Source of the DNA: Opitutia bacterium
GTDB lineage: Bacteria; Verrucomicrobiota; Verrucomicrobiia; Opitutales; T3Sed10-336
Reading direction: 5' to 3'
DNA: 55,388 bases
Assembly (NCBI GenBank): GCA_050506795.1
Contig: JBJHCF010000037.1
Coordinates: forward strand, 1 to 55,388
The stretch's first letter is position 1. Each line of letters opens with the position of its first letter. The notes under the pieces are model-generated. The model was not told the origin of the DNA. It did no database searches and saw nothing but the letters and a program-made list of their open reading frames with translations. Position numbers and translations under genes: made by a program. Positions 18,098 to 27,447 of the stretch are shown in pieces.

Positions 18098-18520
18098 TTA
18101 CCCGTAAAGCGAACGCGAATAATCGGGAGCGGTGAATGCGCCGTGCTGAACTTTTTCCACTTTCAAATCGCGGACGCCTCCGGGGGTTTCCCACTCGATC
18201 TCGTCGCCTTCCGAGAATCCCAGGATCCCGGTACCGATCGGGGCCAGAATGGAAATCCGCTTCTGGTCGGGATCCGCGTGCTCGGGCATGGTCAGGATCC
18301 ATTCTTCGATTTCACCCGTGTCCATATCGCGCAATTGCACCAATGAGTTCAAGGTTACGGTGCCGGCGGGAATCGCGGCGGCATCGAGTACTTCCGCCCG
18401 ATCGAGCTCCTGTTTGAGCTTCTGAATACCGGGGTACACCTTGCCTCCGCTCTGAATAAGATCGTTCACGATCTTCGACAAAGCGCGGTAGTCTTCTGAG
18501 GAAATATAAATTGTCTTCAT
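18098..18520 (-). CDS. rnk: Rnk-type GreA/GreB family factor
   Basis: LKQELDRAEV, VTLNSLV, ISILAPIGTGILG, WETPGG; short N-terminal coiled coil. Confidence 0.9.
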   Translation of the reverse strand: MKTIYISSEDYRALSKIVNDLIQSGGKVYPGIQKLKQELDRAEVLDAAAIPAGTVTLNSLVQLRDMDTGEIEEWILTMPEHADPDQKRISILAPIGTGILGFSEGDEIEWETPGGVRDLKVEKVQHGAFTAPDYSRSLYG

Positions 18521-18575
18521 TATCTAATCCTTTCTTTGATTATCATCCGGATGCACCTCGAGGTCGGCGAATCCA

Positions 18576-18626
18576 CTACTCCAACACCGGGGGAACAAAA
18601 AACATTAACAGTTCGAGTAAGGTCAT
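18576..18626 (-). CDS. Putative uORF2 (MTLLELLMFFVPPVLE)
   Basis: ATG preceded by GAGGTGGGT (SD-like), in the rnk leader. Confidence 0.35.
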   Translation of the reverse strand: MTLLELLMFFVPPVLE

Positions 18627-18721
18627 ACCCACCTCGCTTACGGGCAATAGCACAACGGGCAGGCGCGAAAACTCACCCCGGAGTCGTTCGACCGCCGGGA
18701 ACCGAAATCCTTACGAGCAGA

Positions 18722-18802
18722 TCAAGAACGACACCGGGGGCCGCCAGGCACGATGACTAGCGGCATTCGACAACCGGTAAACTTGATGAAAGCTCGTTTC
18801 AT
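18722..18802 (-). CDS. Putative leader peptide uORF1 (MKRAFIKFTGCRMPLVIVPGGPRCRS)
   Basis: First ATG after the promoter; 3' end lies in a 14-bp stem. Confidence 0.45.
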   Translation of the reverse strand: MKRAFIKFTGCRMPLVIVPGGPRCRS

Positions 18803-18847
18803 TGGAACAAATGCGCGCGGGCCGAAACCCGCCTTGCACTAACAGGT

Positions 18848-18876
18848 AGTTAACGCATGACATCCGTCTCTGTCAA
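18848..18876 (-). promoter_or_regulatory. Sigma70-like promoter for the rnk leader
   Basis: TTGACA-17 nt-TTAACT on the minus strand. Confidence 0.65.
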
Positions 18877-18959
18877 GTCGCTATTCGTAGCCGTCTTGGG
18901 GTTCCGACAAAAATAACAATTTTTTTTCGTGGGGTCGGTGTTGAATAACGGGATAACAG

Positions 18960-19030
18960 TTTGTCTCCATACCGGATGAGATCGTTCACGATCTTTGGCC
19001 AAGCGCGACAGTCGGAAGTTTGGATTTTGG
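18960..19030 (-). pseudogene. Degenerate remnant of an rnk 5' end
   Basis: Translates as SDCRAWPKIVNDLIRYGDK versus rnk EDYRALSKIVNDLIQSGGK; shared agatcgttcacgatctt. Confidence 0.65.
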
Positions 19031-19208
19031 ATTTAAGCCCTGCTCTTGGCGCAAAATAAGTGGAGCCTCGGTGACAATTGTTCCGATCGGGCCAGTGCGC
19101 CCGCCGCCAATTCCGGAATTCGGCTGGATTCGCGGGAGGCAATGGGATTAATGTTTCGCATCCACGGATTACTTTGTGGGTCTCCCGCCGAGTCAAATAG
19201 GGGTTTGA

Positions 19209-19829
19209 ATGGAAATCAACACGATCAACGCTTTGTTTGCCCTCGTCCTTTTATGGCCTCCGACCTACCTGTTCATTTCCTCCAGAACACGGCGCCGGAT
19301 CCGGAGGGCTCAAGGAAAAGGCGGGGATACCTTTCCGCTGGTACGCCTGGCACTGACGTGGCAGAATTGGTTCGATTTGGCGCGTGGCCTCGCCGGATCG
19401 TGGCTACTCTACAATCAAAGTTTTTCGGTGGATCCCGAAATGGAAAACGCCGAATACCTTACCCCCGCCATTCTGGCCGCAGTCCTACTGGTGGGTGCCG
19501 TTTTCCAAGTGCTATATTACAGGAGAAAATGGTATTGTTTTTCTCCGCTTTTCTACCTGGTCGGGGTGACTTTCGGAATTCTCGTCTGGTGGATTGCTCT
19601 CTACGGCCTTCTTGCGGGGCTGTTCTTCGTAGGATTGCTTCGCCATGCAATCGTCTTCCTGGCCGCTATGGCCGCAACCATCGGGATCTCCGGTTTCCTG
19701 ATCATGGGGTTTGAACCGGAATGGGCCACTGCCTGTGCCCTACTGCTTCTTCCGATAATCCTCTCGCTAATACTCCGTCGAGACCTGATGCCGGTCGTCA
19801 GGAAGCAGGCCGCCGCGGAAGACCAATAG
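19209..19829 (+). CDS. Integral membrane hypothetical protein (possibly PlsY-like)
   Basis: About 6-7 hydrophobic helices; FDLARG resembles the PlsY DxxKG motif. Confidence 0.65.
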   Translation: MEINTINALFALVLLWPPTYLFISSRTRRRIRRAQGKGGDTFPLVRLALTWQNWFDLARGLAGSWLLYNQSFSVDPEMENAEYLTPAILAAVLLVGAVFQVLYYRRKWYCFSPLFYLVGVTFGILVWWIALYGLLAGLFFVGLLRHAIVFLAAMAATIGISGFLIMGFEPEWATACALLLLPIILSLILRRDLMPVVRKQAAAEDQ

Positions 19830-19964
19830 ATTCGATCTTTATTGCCGAACCCATCCGGTCGCCTGCCGTCATTCTTCCGCCCCCGTTCGCACGCTCGCCT
19901 TCCCTCCGATTCCGAAGCCTTACCCAGGGTTTGCAAATCGCGGACCCCTTGTTACTGTCAACGG

Positions 19965-21149
19965 ATGAAACCAACTGTTTTCACCCTTTCGCATCCGGCG
20001 TTACGCCGCGTTTTTAATCCCGGAATTGTCGTTCTCACCCTGATCGCGTCGCTTGGAGCCGCCTGCAATGCCCGCAGTGCGGGATCCCAGGAGGAGGTCG
20101 CTTCCGAAGAGGTCAACTTTCAGGTGGTGGAAGTGGCGCGTGGCCTGGAGAACCCCTGGGGAATCGCTTTCCTCCCGGATGGCGGCATTCTGGTCACCGA
20201 GCGCCCCGGACGCATGCAAATTCTCCGCAACGGGGAGCGCACCGAGGTTTCCGGCCTGCCGGAGGTAAGGGCAACCGGCCAGGGCGGCCTCATGGATGTG
20301 ATCCTGCATCCTCATTTCGAGGACAATCAGTGGGTGTATTTCTCCTATTCGGCCAATTATGACGGCGGAATCGGGACCAAGGTGACACGTGCCCGGCTGG
20401 ACGACGCGTCGCTGACCGACCTGGAGGATATCTTTCGCATGAATCCCCCGGGGAGCGGCGGGCTGCATTTTGGTTCGCGTCTGGCCTTCGACAACGACGG
20501 TTACCTCTTTATCACCATTGGCGAACGAAACGACCGCCACCGGGCGCAGGAACTGGATTCCCACCACGGCACTCTCCTGCGGGTCCATGACGACGGCTCC
20601 GCGCCGGAAGACAATCCCTTTGTCGGACAGGAAAACGCCCATCCGGAAATCTATTCCTACGGTCACCGCAACGCCCAGGGGATGCACTACGACGCGGAAA
20701 CCGGCGTCCTCTGGCTGCACGAACACGGGCCGCGCGGCGGCGATGCCCTCAACTACGCCCAGGCCGGCGCCAATTACGGGTGGCCGAGAGCCACCTATGG
20801 CGAAGAGTACCGCGGCGGTACCATCGGAACCACCCCGGACCAACTGGATGACGTGGTGAATCCGGTGCTGCACTGGACCCCTTCCATCGCGGCCTCGGGA
20901 CTGACCCTTTACCGGGGCGACAAGTTCCCCGAATGGGAAGGGAACCTGTTCGCCGGCGCCCTCGCCCAGCAGCACATCCGCAGGGTGGTGCTCGACGGCA
21001 AAGAAGTCGTCCATCAGGAGGAACTCATCCGCAATGAATTCGGCCGTATCCGTACCGTGGTGACATGCCCCGACGGTTACCTTTGGTTCGCCACCGACGA
21101 ACGCAACGGCGGACTCTACCGCATCCAGCCGATTGGCAACGAAGAGTGA
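19965..21149 (+). CDS. PQQ-dependent sugar dehydrogenase (YliI/GSDH family)
   Basis: PWGIAFLPDG, GQGGLMDV, HFGSRL, YGHRNAQG, EHGPRGGD, NYGWP; possible lipobox LGAAC. Confidence 0.93.
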   Translation: MKPTVFTLSHPALRRVFNPGIVVLTLIASLGAACNARSAGSQEEVASEEVNFQVVEVARGLENPWGIAFLPDGGILVTERPGRMQILRNGERTEVSGLPEVRATGQGGLMDVILHPHFEDNQWVYFSYSANYDGGIGTKVTRARLDDASLTDLEDIFRMNPPGSGGLHFGSRLAFDNDGYLFITIGERNDRHRAQELDSHHGTLLRVHDDGSAPEDNPFVGQENAHPEIYSYGHRNAQGMHYDAETGVLWLHEHGPRGGDALNYAQAGANYGWPRATYGEEYRGGTIGTTPDQLDDVVNPVLHWTPSIAASGLTLYRGDKFPEWEGNLFAGALAQQHIRRVVLDGKEVVHQEELIRNEFGRIRTVVTCPDGYLWFATDERNGGLYRIQPIGNEE

Positions 21150-21193
21150 GCGGCGCGGGAGCGGCGCTCTGGAAATAGTATTTCGGATTCGAT

Positions 21194-21649
21194 CTACGGG
21201 GAAGGAAAAGACGAGCCGCCTCGTTCCCGGAGTTGCAAGCGTTCTCCCTGCGGTTCCCGAACGGGCTCCTCCACGCGGACTCCCGCCATCGCCACCCAGG
21301 CAAAGAGAGCGCAAAGGAGGATCAGTCCCAGCAGAGCGGCGATTCCCGATCGTCGCTGCACCGCAGGATCGGCGGCCACCACGGGTTTTTTGCGGCCGAA
21401 GCGGGAGCGCAGCAGGATATGGATCCATGACCAGTGCAGCGCGAGGTGGATCAGTAACACCGCAATCAGCGCGAAGCTGATCCAGGTGTGAACCGTTCCC
21501 CACTCGTGGCGGCTCAGTCCCCAAAGCATATGGCTGCGCTGAGTGCCAGGCGGCAACGGAAACCGCAGGATAAATCCCGTGGCCAGCATGCCGAGGAAAA
21601 GAATCCCTCCGGCCGCATCGACCGCAAAATTCCAATACGCACGTTTCAT
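21194..21649 (-). CDS. DUF4405 (cytochrome b-like) membrane protein
   Basis: GLSRHEWGTVHTW..IHLALHWSWI with TM histidines. Confidence 0.85.
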   Translation of the reverse strand: MKRAYWNFAVDAAGGILFLGMLATGFILRFPLPPGTQRSHMLWGLSRHEWGTVHTWISFALIAVLLIHLALHWSWIHILLRSRFGRKKPVVAADPAVQRRSGIAALLGLILLCALFAWVAMAGVRVEEPVREPQGERLQLRERGGSSFPSP

Positions 21650-21809
21650 ACCCGAATGCCGTCGTCAGAATAACACGGAGCGACGGGCCGACGCCCGCCA
21701 ACCCTTGTCGATGCATCGGCATCGTTTGTTCAGAGCTCGGCGGCGCGGGAGCGCCGCCCTCCAGGGAGGAAGCCGTTACGGCCGGCCCCCAGGGATCCTG
21801 GCGGCGCCT

Positions 21810-24230
21810 TCAGCGGGAGTCGACGCCGTCGAGGACTTCCCGCACTGCGGTGAGGACTTCGATCTGGGTGTAGGGCTTCGGGAGAAAACGATTCACGGTG
21901 CCGCGGTTTTCGCCGGCGGGAGGATGACCGCTGGTCGCGATGATGCGCACGGAGGGATTCACTTCCCGCATGGATTCGGTCGCGGAAATACCATCCATAC
22001 GCGGCATGGCCAGATCGATGAGCACCGCGGCAAAGTCATTCGAACGCTGATTGAAGATCGCCAGGGCTTCCACTCCGTTATGCGCCTCGGTCACCCGGTA
22101 GCCCGACGACGTCAACAAGCTGCAAAGCGTTGAAAGGACCAGCTCATCGTCGTCGACCACCAATAGCTCTTCGTCCCTGCCGCCGGCCGGCATCATCCGG
22201 AACTGCGACTGCGAGCCATTGACCTGGTCTTCCCGATGCCTCGGGAGGTAGACTTCGAACACCGCGCCTTTGCCCGGAGCGCTTTCCACCTGAATAAAGC
22301 CCCCGTGCCCCTTGATGATGGAGTGCACGGTCGACAATCCCAGACCCGTGCCCCGGTCCACGTCCTTGGTGGTGTAAAACGGGTCGAATATTCGTTCCTG
22401 GACCTCGGCGCTCATGCCAATCCCGGTGTCGGCCACCACCAGCTTCAGGAAATCCCCCTTGTATGCCGGCAAGGGCTCCCCGTTGTCTTCTTCGGTCAAC
22501 GCGGACTGATTGCACAGCGTGATGGATAAGGAGCCGCCGTCCGGCATGGCGTCACGGGCGTTGAGACAGAGATTGAGAAGCACCTGATGCAGTTGGGTGA
22601 CATCACCCAGCACCGGCCAGGAGTCCTTGGGCGTATCGATGTTGAGTTTTATGTTCTTGGGAAAGGTGTCGGCAACCAGATTGGAAATATCGCGCACCAG
22701 GTGCCTGACATTGAGCACCGCCCGCTCCCCGTCCACCCCCTGGGCAAAATTAAGGACCTGCTTAACCATGCCTGCGCTGCGAGTAGCGGACGTCTCGATG
22801 TTGTCGAGGAAACGCTTGTTGTCCGGGTCTTCGATTCCGGCACGCAGGAGGTCCACCGATATCAGGATCGGCGTCAAGGCGTTGTTGAGATCATGGGCGA
22901 TGCCGCCGGCCAGAGTGCCGATACTTTCCAAACGCTGATTGCGAAACGCCTGTCGCTCCCGGGCCTTCTCTTCGGTAAGATCACGTTTGATGGCCACGAA
23001 GTGATGGATCTCTCCGGCTTCGTTTTTGACCGGTGTAATGGTTAGCGCTTCCGGATATAACGAGCCGTCTTTCCTCCGGTTGACCACCTCTCCCGACCAC
23101 ACCCGACCGGCCAGGATAGTGGTCCACATTCTGCGGTAAAAGGCATCATCGTGTACTCCCGATTTCAGGAGTTCACCGGGGGTTCTTCCCAAAGCCTCGT
23201 CTAACGTATAACCCGAAACCTCGCAGAAGGCCCGATTGGCCCACTCTATTGTTCCGTCCCCATCGGTAATGACCAACGTGTTGGCCGCCGCGTCCAGAGC
23301 GGTCACCAACAATTGCCGGTGCTCCTCCGCCTGTTTGCGGGAGGTAATATCGGTATCGGCGCCCCGAAACCCGACGATTTCGCCCTCGTCGTCAAACATC
23401 GACCGGCCCGAACTCATGATCCAAAGCACACGCCCGCCTCGATCCACCACCCGGTTTTCAAAGCCGCTCAACGAGCCGCCTCTAAGAATCGTTTTCAAAC
23501 CGAAGGCCTTGATGGCCTCCCTTTCTTCGGACGGACACAGATCGTAAAAATACTTCTTCCCCACCAGTTCCTCCGGACGGTAACCCAGCACTGAAAATAT
23601 CACCGGACTGACAAACGTATACAAGCCCTCGCGATCCACCTCCCAGGCAAAAGTCCGGCTTTGCTCGGCCAATTGATCGTAACGCCGCTGGCTCTCGCGG
23701 AGGTCTTCCTCGGCCCGTTTGCGGTCACTGATATCGGCCATGGAGCCAAAAACCGTGATCGGATTGCCTTCACTCGACCAGGAAAGGGCTTTGCCCCGCA
23801 CTTTAACCCAGAGCCACTGCCCGCCGCTGCGACGCAGGCGCAATTCAGCCTCGATGGACGAAGCCTCGTGCGAAAAATGCGCCCGCAGCGCCCCCTTGGC
23901 CACCCCCCGATCGCGGGGATGAATCAACCGCCACCAGGTGCGAACGCCACAATCGGTTATCCGGGAATCCAATCCCGCGATCTCCCACCAGCGATCGTTG
24001 AAAACCATCATGCCACCGGGAACATCCCACTCCCAGGTGCCAACATTCATGGCCTCCAAAACGCCGGCCAGGCGACGATACTCCTTGCAGCCGTGACCCC
24101 CGTCACCCGGGCCGCAGTCATGATACCTTCCCGGATTTCCCGAAAAACGCTCCCGGCCGTTTCCGGGCGTACGCGATGGAGCCTGTGCTGACTGATTGGA
24201 AGACTGATTCGTCATAACTGTACCGACCAT
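21810..24230 (-). CDS. Hybrid sensor histidine kinase (3 PAS, HisKA, HATPase, REC)
   Basis: IAHDLNN, NARDAM, DTGIGM, GTGLGL, receiver LIDLAMP..FLPKP; start uncertain. Confidence 0.94.
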   Translation of the reverse strand: MVGTVMTNQSSNQSAQAPSRTPGNGRERFSGNPGRYHDCGPGDGGHGCKEYRRLAGVLEAMNVGTWEWDVPGGMMVFNDRWWEIAGLDSRITDCGVRTWWRLIHPRDRGVAKGALRAHFSHEASSIEAELRLRRSGGQWLWVKVRGKALSWSSEGNPITVFGSMADISDRKRAEEDLRESQRRYDQLAEQSRTFAWEVDREGLYTFVSPVIFSVLGYRPEELVGKKYFYDLCPSEEREAIKAFGLKTILRGGSLSGFENRVVDRGGRVLWIMSSGRSMFDDEGEIVGFRGADTDITSRKQAEEHRQLLVTALDAAANTLVITDGDGTIEWANRAFCEVSGYTLDEALGRTPGELLKSGVHDDAFYRRMWTTILAGRVWSGEVVNRRKDGSLYPEALTITPVKNEAGEIHHFVAIKRDLTEEKARERQAFRNQRLESIGTLAGGIAHDLNNALTPILISVDLLRAGIEDPDNKRFLDNIETSATRSAGMVKQVLNFAQGVDGERAVLNVRHLVRDISNLVADTFPKNIKLNIDTPKDSWPVLGDVTQLHQVLLNLCLNARDAMPDGGSLSITLCNQSALTEEDNGEPLPAYKGDFLKLVVADTGIGMSAEVQERIFDPFYTTKDVDRGTGLGLSTVHSIIKGHGGFIQVESAPGKGAVFEVYLPRHREDQVNGSQSQFRMMPAGGRDEELLVVDDDELVLSTLCSLLTSSGYRVTEAHNGVEALAIFNQRSNDFAAVLIDLAMPRMDGISATESMREVNPSVRIIATSGHPPAGENRGTVNRFLPKPYTQIEVLTAVREVLDGVDSR

Positions 24231-24362
24231 GTGGTCGGGATCAGTCTAACTCCGTCATAAAGCACCGTCAAGATTGCCCTGACACCCCCAAACAGGAATG
24301 CGTCTTTTGCAAATATTTGACGAATACGAGCCCAAGAGTTGTTTCCGGAGTAGCAGGAACAG

Positions 24363-24567
24363 CTCGGTTAGGGCTATGAATCGAAGGCGCATAGCTAAAT
24401 CGCATCGGCCTTTCCCCCTGGAGGGCCATGCTCCCGCATGGTCGGCCGGCTTGGGAGCGGGAGCATCCTGCCCGCACCGGCGGCGCGGGAGCGCCGCCCT
24501 CCAGGAAGCAGAGGCGCGATTCCGATTCGGTTTCTCTAACGATGAACCGGCTTAAACGAGTGCCAAT
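24363..24567. mobile_element. MITE-like element A
   Basis: ctcggttagg...REP...cttaaacgagtgccaat. Confidence 0.7.
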
Positions 24568-24639
24568 CGATCAGGAAGCGGAAACAAAAAAGGCGCGATT
24601 CCGCAAGGGAATCGCGCCGTAGTACAAAAGAATCAGGCC

Positions 24640-25062
24640 TCACTGACCGGGACGCTGGCGACGCTCGCCGCCCTGGCCACGTTCCTGAGCACCGCGCCGC
24701 ATCTGTTCCCGACGCTCTTCCAAGTGGGCGGCCCACTGTGCCTGCTGTCCTTCGTTGAGGATTTTGGCGAGCCCTTCAGCGATTTCTTCCCGCATCGCCA
24801 CCATGACCTCACGGCGGGCTTCACGGGTTTCGGCGGCTTCGAGCTTCTCCTGCAAGTCGGCATAGAGTTTCGTCAAGGCCTCCTCCTGGAGCACGGACAG
24901 ATCGAGAACTTCGGACATCGCTTCGACTTGCTGGCCTCCGCCGAAGCCACCGACGCCGCGCTGTACGCGCTCGCCGCGTTCACCGGGACCGGCTTGCGCC
25001 AAAAGGACGGGAGAAACGCCGGCGATTCCAAAGGTAAGGAGCAATACGAGTAATTTTTTCAT
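24640..25062 (-). CDS. Secreted helical protein (Spy/CpxP-like)
   Basis: Signal peptide; LDLSVLQ and ILNEGQQ resemble LTxxQ motifs; R/E/G-rich tails. Confidence 0.75.
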   Translation of the reverse strand: MKKLLVLLLTFGIAGVSPVLLAQAGPGERGERVQRGVGGFGGGQQVEAMSEVLDLSVLQEEALTKLYADLQEKLEAAETREARREVMVAMREEIAEGLAKILNEGQQAQWAAHLEERREQMRRGAQERGQGGERRQRPGQ

Positions 25063-25263
25063 AGTGATTAATCGATTTTCGTTGGTTGGTTAAAAAAAGG
25101 GTAAGCGAAAAGGCTTTCCCCCTACTCAATAAATAAACCCCGGGAAGGAGAAATGGTTGCATTGACCGCCCGCATCTCCTTTCGGCTTGCGATTCCGTTC
25201 GGCCGGGAGGATAGAATGGAGTCTCACCCAGGAAAACGATCCTTGTCCCGAACGGAGTCCGTC

Positions 25264-26388
25264 ATGATCGAACCACAAGACACTTCCCTCACCTCCGCGC
25301 CCTCTGCCCGTCTCCTGTCCGGGTTGGCGCTTCTAACCGCGGTTTTTGCCGCGTCGCTTTCGGCCCAGCACATCGACATCGTGGTGCACGATCCGTCGAT
25401 GATCAAGCAGGACGATACCTATTACCTCTTCAACACCGGACGCGGCATCGCCGTGTGGTCGTCGGAGGACCGCGTGAACTGGGAACGGCTGGACTCGGTC
25501 TTTTCCGCCCCGCCGGTCTGGACTCACGACGTGGTGCCCGACTTTCGCAACCACATCTGGGCCCCCAGCATCTGGCACCACGACGGCACCTACTACCTTT
25601 ATTACTCGGTCTCCTCCTTCGGCCGCAACAACTCCGCCATCGGCCTGGCCACCAACCAAACCCTCCACCCCGACGACCCGGAGTTCGAATGGGTGGATCA
25701 GGGCATCGTGGTGGAATCGGTGCCGGGGCGCGACATGTGGAACGCCATTGACGCCACCCTGGCCTTCGACGACAACGGCGCGCCCTGGCTCACCTTCGGT
25801 TCCCACTGGCTGGGCATCAAACTGGTGCGCCTGGAGGACGACCTGAAAACCATCGCCATGACCCCGGAGGGCAACGAATGGCACACCATCGCCCGGCGCC
25901 ACCGCTACTGGAAGCTGCACGAACGGGACGCCGGCGATTCCGAGAATCCCGAACTCGACTACGACGAACTTTATCCGACCCAGATTTTCAACATGAACCG
26001 GCGGTCCGAAAACAGCGCCATCGAAGCCCCGTTTATTTTCAAGAAAGGCGACTACTATTACCTTTTTGTTTCCTGGGACCGCTGTTGCCGGGGAGAAAAC
26101 AGCACCTACAAAGTGGTGGTCGGCCGGTCGCCCACCATCACCGGCCCCTACCTGGACCGCACCGACCAGAACCTCAACCACGGCGGCGGCACGCTGGTGG
26201 TCAAGGGCAACGAAAACTACGCCGGCATCGGCCACAACTCCGTTTACACCTTTGACGACACCGACTACCTGGTCGCCCACGGCTACGACCTGTCCGACAA
26301 CGGACGCTCCAAGCTGATTATCGCCGAACTGGAATGGGACCACGACGGCTGGCCGTTTGTGCGTCTGGCCCGAGAAACCGAAGAGTAA
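25264..26388 (+). CDS. GH43 arabinan endo-1,5-alpha-L-arabinosidase (copy 1)
   Basis: VHDPS, WAP, NAID, IEAPF, WDRCCRG, GHNS; signal peptide. Confidence 0.92.
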   Translation: MIEPQDTSLTSAPSARLLSGLALLTAVFAASLSAQHIDIVVHDPSMIKQDDTYYLFNTGRGIAVWSSEDRVNWERLDSVFSAPPVWTHDVVPDFRNHIWAPSIWHHDGTYYLYYSVSSFGRNNSAIGLATNQTLHPDDPEFEWVDQGIVVESVPGRDMWNAIDATLAFDDNGAPWLTFGSHWLGIKLVRLEDDLKTIAMTPEGNEWHTIARRHRYWKLHERDAGDSENPELDYDELYPTQIFNMNRRSENSAIEAPFIFKKGDYYYLFVSWDRCCRGENSTYKVVVGRSPTITGPYLDRTDQNLNHGGGTLVVKGNENYAGIGHNSVYTFDDTDYLVAHGYDLSDNGRSKLIIAELEWDHDGWPFVRLARETEE

Positions 26389-26415
26389 ACCCACCCTCGA
26401 AAATCAGGTTCCATC

Positions 26416-27441
26416 ATGAAAATTCTCCGCCACCTCGCCGCACCCAAACTTTCGTTTCTGGCCGCCGTCTCGATCGGCTTGTTTCTCGCTCCCGACGCCC
26501 AATCGCAGCACCTGGAGGTCGGGGTGCACGATCCGGTGATGGCCAAACAGGACGACACCTTCTACCTGTTCGCCACCGGACGCGGCATCTCCGTCTGGTC
26601 TTCGTCCGATATGGAAAACTGGGAGCGCCTGGCGCCGGTTTTCTCCGAGGCTCCCGCCTGGACCGACACCGTGGTCCCGGGAGGCCGTTACCACCTCTGG
26701 GCGCCGGACATCACCTATCACAACGGGCGATACTTCGTTTACTACTCGGTCTCCCAGTTCGGCCGCAACACCTCGGCTATCGGCGTGGCCTCGAACGCCA
26801 CCCTTCACCCCGACGATCCGGATTTCGAGTGGGTGGACCACGGCGAAGTGGTCCGCTCGGTGCCGGGCCGTGATCTCTGGAACGCGATCGATCCCAATAT
26901 CGTGTTCGACGACGAAGGCACTCCCTGGATGACCTTCGGCTCGTTCTGGTTGGGGATGAAACTCGTGCGGCTAAACGACAACATGATCGAAATCGACCGT
27001 TCCCCCCAGGAATGGCACACCATCGCCGCGCGTCACCGTTACTGGAAACTCGACGACCGCAGCGCGGGCGATCCGATGAACAGCACCATCGAGGCTCCCT
27101 TCATCTTCAAGAAGAACGGTTATTACTACAACTTCGTTTCCTGGGACGTCTGCTGCCGCGGCGAGGACAGCACCTACAAGATTGTGGTGGGACGTTCGAA
27201 GGACGTCCGCGGGCCCTATTTCGACAAAGAGGGCCAGCAAATGGTCCACGGCGGGGGCTCTCTGGTGCTGCAGGGTGACGAGCGTTACGCCGGAATCGGG
27301 CACAACGCCGCCTACACCTTCGACGGAACCGACTACCTGATCGCCCACGCCTACGACCTCTCCGACGGAGGCCGCTCGAAATTGATTATCCTGGAAATGA
27401 CCTGGGACGCCGACGGATGGCCGGTCGTTTCGCTGGATTGA
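26416..27441 (+). CDS. GH43 arabinan endo-1,5-alpha-L-arabinosidase (copy 2)
   Basis: VHDPV, WAPD, NAIDP, IEAPF, WDVCCRG, GHNA; signal peptide. Confidence 0.93.
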   Translation: MKILRHLAAPKLSFLAAVSIGLFLAPDAQSQHLEVGVHDPVMAKQDDTFYLFATGRGISVWSSSDMENWERLAPVFSEAPAWTDTVVPGGRYHLWAPDITYHNGRYFVYYSVSQFGRNTSAIGVASNATLHPDDPDFEWVDHGEVVRSVPGRDLWNAIDPNIVFDDEGTPWMTFGSFWLGMKLVRLNDNMIEIDRSPQEWHTIAARHRYWKLDDRSAGDPMNSTIEAPFIFKKNGYYYNFVSWDVCCRGEDSTYKIVVGRSKDVRGPYFDKEGQQMVHGGGSLVLQGDERYAGIGHNAAYTFDGTDYLIAHAYDLSDGGRSKLIILEMTWDADGWPVVSLD

Positions 27442-27447
27442 TCGCGG

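Noticed and set aside
18521..18840. Fluoride riboswitch upstream of rnk
   Set aside because: No GGCGATGG-type start or matching pseudoknot found; the uORF and stem model fits better.
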